A stretch of DNA of 64,000 nucleotides from Macrostomum lignano. Its lineage: Eukaryota. The position numbers and the translations under genes are program-made. Positions within the stretch are counted from its first letter, which is position 1. Every line of letters starts with the position of its first letter. A model generated the notes under the pieces. The model was not told where the DNA came from and did no database searches. It saw only the letters and a program-made list of their open reading frames with translations. The stretch covers positions 154,720-218,719 of the forward strand of contig NIVC01000799.1 in assembly GCA_002269645.1 (NCBI GenBank), given 5' to 3'. Shown piece by piece: positions 1 through 10,677 of the stretch.

Positions 1-59
1 ACGGCGTACTGCATATGTTCAAACGAATATAATTCATTTACGAGACCTGCACTACACAG

Positions 60-797
60 ACAAAATGTGCCACGTCACAAGAGTTTCCATGCATGACCTG
101 GCATGAAAAGACTTGGCTAGGAACCATTACACATATGTAAGTAGAATTTAAAATTCTTTTTAAAATTTTATGATTAAATAAAAACTTAACCGGAATTTAC
201 ATATGTACTTTTCTAAAATTCCAGATACGTTGATATCGATAAGCTACCGTTTTCTTCTATAACAAACAGATTGGCCTTCATTGTCAAGTAAGTCTTGTCT
301 CGTACTCGTATATGTCGTATTTTTTGTAGGTTGAAAAAAATAATAAGCAGCCTAGTAATACTCTGAGCTCAGTGAAATATAAGAGAGGCGGGACGATCAC
401 CTTATTTATCAATTAATTTACAACAGCCAGTTGAGCAATCATAAGTAGGCAAAATTTACACTTCTAGGAAGAACAAATTTTACTAAAAGTTTCAATCAAA
501 ACATTTGGGAAAGAAATCTCGCACGACACATCGCCCACAGTACTAGAGACTTGGAGAAATACTATGTGAGTTTTCTGGGCAACTAATGTAATATATTACT
601 GTTATAATTCGATAGTCGAATTATTTTTTTACCCAAAGCAGTGCTATTGCATAACTAAAGAACAGTATAAAAATGACAGCATTCTAGAACGAGAAACAAA
701 GCTTACTGCAAAGGCAAACGCCGAAAGAAAAGCAGGGCAGAGTCAGCAGCAAAAAAGAAGCTCATCTGAATGGAAAGATGGGCGGTCAGCAAAGAGA
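60..797 (+). CDS. Fragmentary exons of an unidentified spliced gene or intron-containing transposon upstream of the exon array (5' end probably outside the window)
   Basis: AG/GT-bounded segments with open frames: 60-136 (TKCATSQEFPCMTWHEKTWLGTITH, phase 2), 225-287 (YVDIDKLPFSSITNRLAFIV, phase 2-2), 468-565 (RTNFTKSFNQNIWERNLARHIAHSTRDLEKYY) and 639-~797 (QCYCITKEQYKNDSILERETKLTAK...). Junctions 136/225 and 565/639 are phase-compatible. The others could not be resolved. Confidence 0.3.
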
Positions 798-1124
798 TAG
801 GATCTCAAAAAATTGCAACTCCTAGTAACTGAAACTCAATTGCAATAAGTGTTTTGTTCTCTAGGGCATTATTAAAACAAGCAAGCCTGCCTGCAGTCAG
901 CTAGTGAGAAAGTAAGTTGTTGCGGCACTATCGGGAAAGTGAAAATTGTACTCCATCTGACTCACACAAGCAGCAGCGTTGGGACAAACCTCGAGTATTT
1001 TAATTGTACAGTAAAATTTCATTGACAATGAAGCATTTATTAGAACAGCGACATTTAAATCTGTTTTCAAACAAATCAGACCGATTTCTCATGAGTTATT
1101 TTTCTTTTGTGCGCCCACGCACAG

Positions 1125-1186
1125 GTTCATCCGCATTCAAACTCGCCGCTGCATCCGTCATTTGGTTCACTTGCTGCTCACAAGCC

Positions 1187-1222
<36 letters not shown>

Positions 1223-3100
1223 GCTATCCGTGCAGGCAGTCAGTCTATTTGTGAATTTTCTGGTGGATCTGAAGAAAACCCGTCTGGCACAGGATTAAAG
1301 AGAAAGAGACGATCTGTTTTGGGTGAGTATTATCTGCTGTAGAAGTATTGTACACCAGAGTACTTGTGTTACCTGATAGAGCACAATTCAAAAGCAATGC
1401 AACAATCTCAGTGGCATTGTTGGGACACAAGCTACAAACGCAAAGAATAGTAAACACAGCCCAGCCTAGCTCAAGGCTAGTAATTTGTTGGGCATTTATT
1501 GGGACATTGCAGCCAGGCCTATTTTTTGAACAGCATTTGTTGGGTCGCACTTATTGGGACAATACTGATTCTAATCGCGACTACTTCTGAGTTCTGACTT
1601 TTCAAAACAGACCCAGCATTAGTTGAACACGTTCTATTAAAGGGTTCCTTTATAGCCTATTAATGATTACTAAAGCAAGCCTATCTTAATTGATTTCTTT
1701 TCCTCGCAGCTTCTGAAGTCAGCAACGCCAGCGACATGCCTAAGAGACAAGAATGCGCTTTAACGATCAGCAGCGAGCATTCTGATCTCGCCGCTGCATC
1801 CGTCATTTGGTTCACTTGCTGCTCACAAGCCGCAGCAGCAGCAGCAGCAGCCGCTATCCGTGCAGGCAGTCAGTCTATTTGTGAATTTTCTGGTGGATCT
1901 GAAGAAAACCCGTCTGGCACAGGATTAAAGAGAAAGAGACGATCTGTTTTGGGTGAGTATTATCTGCTGTAGAAGTATTGTACACCAGAGTACTTGTGTT
2001 ACCTGATAGAGCACAATTCAAAAGCAATGCAACAATCTCAGTGGCATTGTTGGGACACAAGCTACAAACGCAAAGAATAGTAAACACAGCCCAGCCTAGC
2101 TCAAGGCTAGTAATTTGTTGGGCATTTATTGGGACATTGCAGCCAGGCCTATTTTTTGAACAGCATTTGTTGGGTCGCACTTATTGGGACAATACTGATT
2201 CTAATCGCGACTACTTCTGAGTTCTGACTTTTCAAAACAGACCCAGCATTAGTTGAACACGTTCTATTAAAGGGTTCCTTTATAGCCTATTAATGATTAC
2301 TAAAGCAAGCCTATCTTAATTGATTTCTTTTCCTCGCAGATTCTAAAGTCAGCCACGCCAGCGACATGCCTAAGAGACAAGAATGCGCTTTAACGATCAG
2401 CAGCGAGCATTCTGATCTCGCCGCTGCATCCGTCATTTGGTTCACTTGCTGCTCACAAGCCGCAGCAGCAGCAGCAGCAGCAGCAGCCGCCGCTATCCGT
2501 GCAGGCAGTCAGTCTATTTGTGAATTTTCTGGTGGATCTGAAGAAAACCCGTCCGGCACAGGATTAAAGAGAAAGAGACGATCTGTTTTGGGTGAGTATT
2601 ATCTGCTGTAGAAGTATTGTACACCAGAGTACTTGTGTTACCTGGTAGAGCACAATTCAAAAGCAATGCAACAATCTCAGTGGCATTGTTGGGACACAAG
2701 CTACAAACGCAAAGAATAGTAAACACAGCCCAGCCTAGCTCAAGGCTAGTAATTTGTTGGGCATTTATTGGGACATTGCAGCCAGGCCTATTTTTTGAAC
2801 AGCATTTGTTGGGTCGCACTTATTGGGACAATACTGATTCTAATCGCGACTACTTCTGAGTTCTGACTTTTCAAAACAGACCCAGCATTAGTTGAACACG
2901 TTCTATTAAAGGGTTCCTTTATAGCCTATTAATGATTACTAAAGCAAGCCTATCTTAATTGATTTCTTTTCCTCGCAGCTTCTGAAGTCAGCAACGCCAG
3001 CGACATGCCTAAGAGACAAGAATGCGCTTTAACGATCAGCAGCGAGCATTCTGATCTCGCCGCTGCATCCGTCATTTGGTTCACTTGCTGCTCACAAGCC

Positions 3101-3142
<42 letters not shown>

Positions 3143-3751
3143 GCTATCCGTGCAGGCAGTCAGTCTATTTGTGAATTTTCTGGTGGATCTGAAGAAAACC
3201 CGTCCGGCACAGGATTAAAGAGAAAGAGACGATCTGTTTTGGGTGAGTATTATCTGCTGTAGAAGTATTGTACACCAGAGTACTTGTGTTACCTGATAGA
3301 GCACAATTCAAAAGCAATGCAACAATCTCAGTGGCATTGTTGGGACACAAGCTACAAACGCAAAGAATAGTAAACACAGCCCAGCCTAGCTCAAGGCTAG
3401 TAATTTGTTGGGCATTTATTGGGACATTGCAGCCAGGCCTATTTTTTGAACAGCATTTGTTGGGTCGCACTTATTGGGACAATACTGATTCTAATCGCGA
3501 CTACTTCTGAGTTCTGACTTTTCAAAACAGACCCAGCATTAGTTGAACACGTTCTATTAAAGGGTTCCTTTATAGCCTATTAATGATTACTAAAGCAAGC
3601 CTATCTTAATTGATTTCTTTTCCTCGCAGATTCTAAAGTCAGCCACGCCAGCGACATGCCTAAGAGACAAGAATGCGCTTTAACGATCAGCAGCGAGCAT
3701 TCTGATCTCGCCGCTGCATCCGTCATTTGGTTCACTTGCTGCTCACAAGCC

Positions 3752-3793
<42 letters not shown>

Positions 3794-4401
3794 GCTATCC
3801 GTGCAGGCAGTCAGTCTATTTGTGAATTTTCTGGTGGATCTGAAGAAAACCCGTCCGGCACAGGATTAAAGAGAAAGAGACGATCTGTTTTGGGTGAGTA
3901 TTATCTGCTGTAGAAGTATTGTACACCAGAGTACTTGTGTTACCTGATAGAGCACAATTCAAAAGCAATGCAACAATCTCAGTGGCATTGTTGGGACACA
4001 AGCTACAAACGCAAAGAATAGTAAACACAGCCCAGCCTAGCTCAAGGCTAGTAATTTGTTGGGCATTTATTGGGACATTGCAGCCAGGCCTATTTTTTGA
4101 ACAGCATTTGTTGGGTCGCACTTATTGGGACAATACTGATTCTAATCGCGACTACTTCTGAGTTCTGACTTTTCAAAACAGACCCAGCATTAGTTGAACA
4201 CGTTCTATTAAAGGGTTCCTTTATAGCCTATTAATGATTACTAAAGCAAGCCTATCTTAATTGATTTCTTTTCCTCGCAGATTCTAAGTCAGCCACGCCA
4301 GCGACATGCCTAAGAGACAAGAATGCGCTTTAACGATCAGCAGCGAGCATTCTGATCTCGCCGCTGCATCCGTCATTTGGTTCACTTGCTGCTCACAAGC
4401 C

Positions 4402-4443
<42 letters not shown>

Positions 4444-5059
4444 GCTATCCGTGCAGGCAGTCAGTCTATTTGTGAATTTTCTGGTGGATCTGAAGAAAAC
4501 CCGTCCGGCACAGGATTAAAGAGAAAGAGACGATCTGTTTTGGGTGAGTATTATCTGCTGTAGAAGTATTTATTGTACACCAGAGTACTTGTGTTACCTG
4601 GTAGAGCACAATTCAAAAGCAATGCAACAATCTCAGTGGCATTGTTGGGACACAAGCTACAAACGCAAAGAATAGTAAACACAGCCCAGCCTAGCTCAAG
4701 GCTAGTAATTTGTTGGGCATTTATTGGGACATTGCAGCCAGGCCTATTTTTTGAACAGCATTTGTTGGGTCGCACTTATTGGGACAATACTGATTCTAAT
4801 CGCGACTACTTCTGAGTTCTGACTTTTCAAAACAGACCCAGCATTAGTTGAACACGTTCTATTAAAGGGTTCCTTTATAGCCTATTAATGATTACTAAAG
4901 CAAGCCTATCTTAATTGATTTCTTTTCCTCGCAGATTCTGAAGTCAGCAACGCCAGCGACATGCCTAAGAGACAAGAATGCGCTTTAACGATCAGCAGCG
5001 AGCATTCTGATCTCGCCGCTGCATCCGTCATTTGGTTCACTTGCTGCTCACAAGCCGCT

Positions 5060-5110
<51 letters not shown>

Positions 5111-5761
5111 GCTATCCGTGCAGGCAGTCAGTCTATTTGTGAATTTTCTGGTGGATCTGAAGAAAACCCGTCCGGCACAGGATTAAAGAGAAAGAGACGA
5201 TCTGTTTTGGGTGAGTATTATCTGCTGTAGAAGTATTGTACACCAGAGTACTTGTGTTACTTGGTAGAGCACAATTCAAAAGCAATGCAACAATCTCAGT
5301 GGCATTGTTGGGACACAAGCTACAAACGCAAAGAATAGTAAACACAGCCCAGCCTAGCTCAAGGCTAGTAATTTGTTGGGCATTTATTGGGACATTGCAG
5401 CCAGGCCTATTTTTTGAACAGCATTTGTTGGGTCGCACTTATTGGGACAATACTGATTCTAATCGCGACTACTTCTGAGTTCTGACTTTTCAAAACAGAC
5501 CCAGCATTAGTTGAACACGTTCTATTAAAGGGTTCCTTTATAGCCTATTAATGATTACTAAAGCAAGCCTATCTTAATTGATTTCTTTTCCTCGCAGATT
5601 CTGAAGTCAGCAACGCCAGCGACATGCCTAAGAGACAAGAATGCGCTTTAACGATCAGCAGCGAGCATTCTGATCTCGCCGCTGCATCCGTCATTTGGTT
5701 CACTTGCTGCTGCCAAGCTGCAGCAGCAGCAGCAGCCGCTATCTGTGCAGCAGTCAGTTAA
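1125..5761 (+). repeat. Tandem array of 8 exon(+intron) units, each 603 bp + 3n, with a variable (GCA)n tract; putative repetitive coding exons
   Basis: Unit spacings 630/639/651/651/650/667 bp. Units 2-8 have the acceptor ttttcctcgcag (unit 1 has cccacgcacag at 1124) and units 1-7 have the donor G|gtgagt, e.g. exon 1710-1952 = 243 nt. Only the poly-Ala frame is open from acceptor to donor. Ala runs are 14, 9, 12, 16, 16, 16, 20 and 8. The last copy (from 5598) ends in TAA at 5759-5761, with AATAAA near 5883. Confidence 0.85.
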
Positions 5762-5958
5762 TTCATGAGTTTTCTGGCGGAGCTGGTTATTTTTTTAATT
5801 TTCTGAATCGAGAAGCCGATTAACTGTTGTGTGCTTCACTGGAATATTATTTAGAGGACGCATTTTTTGCAGTCTGTTTCTAATAAAATCCGGTGCAATG
5901 ACCGCGGTAGAGCTCTAGCATTTGCTTTTTATAGTATTTGTGTATATTCTTTTTCAAG

Positions 5959-6097
5959 CTATGCTGGAATTGTTGGGACAGCCCTATCCACACTGGCTAT
6001 GGTGGAATTGTTGGGACAGCCCTATCCACACTGGCTATGGTGGAATTGTTGGGACAGCCCTATCCACACTGGCTATGGTGGAATTGTTGGGACAGCC
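5959..6097. repeat. 38-bp tandem repeat, about 3.7 copies
   Basis: ctatggtggaattgttgggacagccctatccacactgg repeated at 5959, 5997, 6035 and 6073 (partial). Confidence 0.9.
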
Positions 6098-6850
6098 CCA
6101 TACTATAGTGTGTGCTGGCTTCTGCTATAGTGTGGTTCATTTCCGCATCCTTTTACGTAGCATTCTGTGGGTCCGAATAGCTGACATGTACCTTTTGAGT
6201 AATTCTAGTGATTGTGTCATAATCAATAAAGTACATTTTTATGAACAGTGGAGTTTCGCTACAGAATTGTTTTTTCCCAGTGGCACTAAATGTAGCAAAT
6301 TTTGTTTATTCAGATCGTAAAATTTTTTTGATATGTGTCAATGTCGTTTGTCTTCGATAACCTTAAAGTCCCTTGCCATTTACCATCCTGTCTTCTATAA
6401 TCTATGATCGCTGAAATTATCTGGTGAAATTTGACGCGCTGATATTATTGCCTTAGTGGAATTCAGCAAGACACCAGGGTTTTTTAATTCTGTTTTAGAC
6501 AAGTATACATGTACAATCTGTTGTGAGTTCAATGCACCTCGAAAAATGCTTTCCAACTGTTTTCAGTAAGCCAAAAGCATGTTGTCAATAAAAATCTATT
6601 TGGTGGGTTGAAAATTGCCTGTGTGGGGACGTGTGTGTGTGTGATTTTTCGTGTGTCGGAGCAGTCCCAATATGTGCAAGTTTTTGCACACTTTGCCAAT
6701 AAGTGCCTCGTGCACGTTTGTGTGTGTGTGTGTGTGTACTGTGTGTGTGTGTGTGTGTTTGACTGACTGTTTGAATGTTTGCTTGGTTGGCTTCAATAGG
6801 GTTACACTCATAGACAATTATATAACACGGGCACTAGTGGAAATCTTAAT

Positions 6851-7056
6851 AAATTACTAAATATAGATAGTTACTATTTTTGGTATCAAATTGTTACCAT
6901 AAATAGAATGTCATACTGCTCCTAAGAGATATAGAATAATCGATTCTAAAATAAGCATCATCATCAATCGATGTGTATCTCTTAGGAGCAGTATGACATT
7001 CTATTTATGGTAACAATTTGATACCAAAAATAGTAACTATCTATATTTAGTAATTT
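6851..7056. repeat. Perfect 81-bp inverted repeat with a 44-bp spacer (hairpin or MITE-like)
   Basis: 6851-6931 is the exact reverse complement of 6976-7056. The spacer holds its own small hairpin tagaat...attcta. Confidence 0.85.
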
Positions 7057-7707
7057 GTTAGTAACAGACGGATTAGAGCAGTGCGCGCGCGCGATCAATG
7101 TTAAATAGATAGACAGACAATTAATTGTCTATGGTTGTTGGTTATACGCAACTGAATGAATGATACCGCTATGTCGATATCTCTTACCCCTACATCCATC
7201 ACTTTGTTTGGATGGAGGGATGGATGGATGGATGAATGAATGCTAACCGACACTAGTTAGTACTTTAGTCTATGGTAATCTATCTATCTATGTTAGATAG
7301 TTTATGTTTGTCTCTGTCTCTAATACTGCTGTTAATCAAACCAACCGGCTGGCTGGCTGGCTGGTTGGCTGACTGACTAAACAATAAACACTAGTAGTAC
7401 TCATATAGCATACCGATTGACTAACTAACTAACCCACCCAATCTACCTACCTATCACTATCATTATTCACAACACCAAACCCAACCACTAACCTGTCACA
7501 GCCTAGTTTTTTTCTGGGGGACCGCTGCGCTAGCTCGAGAAATGTGAAATTTCTCTAAGTGTCAAAATTATTTTGACTTAGAAAATTTTTCGCATAAATT
7601 TTTTTTTACTTTCATTTCAACTAATGAAACGTATGCTGCTGTTTTGAAAAACTTATCTGGGGAAACGCCTGTTGCTGTCTGAGTGTAGCTTATCTGAGAG
7701 TAGCCAG

Positions 7708-7918
7708 CCCTAACCCTAACCATAACCCTAACCCTAACCCTAACCCTAACCCTAATTGACGCTAGCCCTAACCCTAACGTAACCCTAACCCTAATTGACG
7801 CCAGACCTAACCCTAACGTAACCCTAACCCTAATTGACGCCAGCCCTAACCCTAACGTAACCCTAACCCTAATTGACGCTAGCCCTAACCCTAACTTAAC
7901 CCTAACCCTAATTGACAC
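7708..7918. repeat. Interstitial telomere-like (CCCTAA)n with a 39-bp higher-order unit
   Basis: CCCTAA runs followed by several copies of ccctaaccctaattgacgc(t/c)agccctaaccctaacgtaa. Confidence 0.85.
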
Positions 7919-8150
7919 CAGACCTGCTAGTTATATTGATGCACTTTAGACTTAATTCAATGAAATGAAAGCGAAACGAGACGAAAAATACTGTCTATGG
8001 CAATCACGAGCCAATAGGAGAGAACGAGGAGGAAAGGGATGTTATGAACAAGATAAAAATAACTGGCTCAGACTAGCACTCTATTCTATTATTTCCTCCA
8101 TAGTCAAAACACCAGTGTTAAAGAATATGAAGTTAAAACACCACTGTTAA

Positions 8151-8500
8151 AGTCGTCAGCCAAAGTCGTCAGCCAAAGTCGTCAGCCAGAGTCGTCAGCC
8201 AAAGTCGTCAGCCAAAGTCGTCAGCCAAAGTCGTCAGCCAAAGTCGTCAAGCTGCCAAAGTCGTCAATTTGCCAAAGTCGTCAGCCAAAGTCGTCAGCCA
8301 AAGTCGTCAATTTGCCAAAGTCGTCAGCCAAAGTCGTCAATTTGCCAAAGTCGTCAGCCAAAGTCGTCAAGCTGCCTGGAATTGGATGCCAAAGTCGTCT
8401 GGAATCACTCAGTTGTTGCAAGGTCAATGGGAATCACTCAGTTGTTGCAGGATCAATGGGAATCACTCAGTTGTTGCAGGGTCAATGGGAATCACTCAGT
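8151..8500. repeat. 13-bp minisatellite (gccaaagtcgtca) followed by a 29-bp repeat
   Basis: 13-bp units over 8151-8400. atgggaatcactcagttgttgcagggtca x ~3.5 over 8401-8500. Confidence 0.9.
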
Positions 8501-9139
8501 TGATCTAGGGTTGATTACTCAGTCAACTTTGCCTTCAGCTATACTCGTACTTCTAAAGCATTGGTTTGTCGTGGAAACCAAAAACATATTACAATATCTC
8601 GTAGATATCCTTAAAAATAAAAGTATGCAATCAAATGGGGCGTAACTTAATTTATATGCTACTAAGAGTAACTAAAGCAGCAAAAACGCCTAACAACTCA
8701 AAATTTCCAACTCAGATCCACAAGACTACACAGCGCAGCAAGAAAATAAATCCGCATGCAAACACTATATTTTGTTAATCGGAATACATTCAAATGCGCA
8801 TTATTATTAATTAAAATGATACCGATGTCATAACACTTTCAACTTTCATAATGTCATAACGCTTTCAAAGTTATGTCAGGGCTACAAAGATAATCGAAAT
8901 AGGTTGGACCAAGCAGAATTTATGACATAGAATGAAAAGATGCATTCGATAGTAGTTAATTTGAGACAGGGCAGCCCAGTAAGTAAAGCAAACAAAAAAG
9001 CTACTTTGATCCAACATGCAGACGCTTAAATTAAATGGACAAATTAAACTTTCTTCAACTGAATCAGACTGGTATGGTCTTGTATATCAGATGAAAAATA
9101 GCAACAGCAAGCTGGAAATCCAACCAATAACACCAACAC

Positions 9140-10325
9140 ACGAAGCCACAAATCTCACAGCTGAGGATCAAAGCCACAAATCTCACAGCTGAGGATCAAA
9201 GCCACAAATCTCACAGCTGAGGATCGAAGCCACAAATCTCACAGCTGAGGATCGAAGCCACAAATCTCACAGCTGAGGATCGAAGCCACAAATCTCACAG
9301 CTAAGGATCAAAGCCATAAATCTCACAGCTGAGGATCGAAGCCACAAATCTCATAGCTGAGGATCCAAGCCACAATCTCACAGCTGAGGATCGAAGCCAC
9401 AAATCTCACAGCTGGAGATAGAAGCCACAAATCTCACAGCTGAGGATCGAAGCCACAAATCTCACAGCTGAGGATCGAAGCCACAAATCTCACAGTTAAA
9501 CATAAAAGCCACAAATCTCACAGCTGAGGATCGAAGCCACAAATCTCACAGCTGAGGATCGAAGCCACAAATCTCACAGCTGAGGATCGAAGCCACAAAT
9601 CTCACAGTTAAACATAAAAGCCACAAATCTCACAGCTGAGGATCGAAGCCACAATCTCACAGCTGAGGATCGAAGCCACAAATCTCACAGCTGAGGATCA
9701 AAGCCACAAATCTCACAGCTGAGGATCGAAGCCACAATCTCACAGCTGAGGATCGAAGCCACAAATTTCACAGCTGAGGATCAAAGCCACAAATCTCACA
9801 GCTGAGGATCGAAGCCACAATCTCACAGCTGAGGATCGAAGCCACAAATCTCACAGCTGAGGATCGAAGCCACAAATCTCACAGCTGAGGATCGAAGCCA
9901 CAAATCTCACAGCTGAGGATCGAAGCCACAAATCTCACAGCTGAGGATCGAAGCCACAATCTCACAGCTGAGGATCGAAGCCACAATCTCACAGCTGAGG
10001 ATCGAAGCCACAATCTCACAGCTGAGGATCCAAGCCACAATCTCACAGCTGAGGATCGAAGCCACAAATCTCACAGCTGAGGATCGAAGCCACAAATCTC
10101 ACAGCTGAGGATCGAAGCCACAAATCTCACAGCTGAGGATCGAAGCCACAAATCTCACAGCTGAGGATCGAAGCCACAATCTCACAGCTGAGGATCGAAG
10201 CCACAATCTCACAGCTGAGGATCGAAGCCACAATCTCACAGCTGAGGATCCAAGCCACAATCTCACAGCTGAGGATCGAAGCCACAAATCTCACAGCTGA
10301 GGATCGAAGCCACAAATCTCACAGT
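9140..10325. repeat. 27/28-bp minisatellite downstream of eIF2-beta copy A
   Basis: ccacaaatctcacagctgaggatcgaag units with variants. It is the reverse complement of the array at 33490-36066. Confidence 0.95.
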
Positions 10326-10677
10326 TGGAGATCGCACCCAGGTCTTAAGACTCCGAAGCCGGTCAATCTCGATAAAAAACAACCAATTTTTGCTAGCAAG
10401 TTTACTGCAGTTTGACAGCAAATATGCATTGAATAGATAACTTATACCCATCCACTTAACAGCTTCACTTCTGACAATGACTTCTCAGCTTATATTTGCC
10501 ATTCAGACACTTAAGCATTCAACTGGTGTACATATTTGAGCCCAACATTGCCACATAAAGTTCACCCGCCAGCAGTCAAGTTCATGCAGCACAAGACATG
10601 GACAATCAATCAGTCAGCAACCATGTTCATACACAGAGCAATGCCCTCATTATCCAGCTCTTCTCTCTAACACAGTG

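Noticed and set aside
1125-5761. Array as an SL-RNA/5S/snRNA gene cluster, or as a poly-Gln protein
   Set aside because: No recognisable spliced leader, Sm site or 5S sequence. The poly-Gln frame is closed by TAA on both sides in units 2-7. The 80-aa and 101-aa ORFs in each unit lie mostly in the putative intron.
9140-10325. Regular ~28-bp repeats resembling a CRISPR array (also 33490-36066 and 28010-30530)
   Set aside because: Units are head-to-tail with no unique spacers, there are no cas genes, and the context is eukaryotic.
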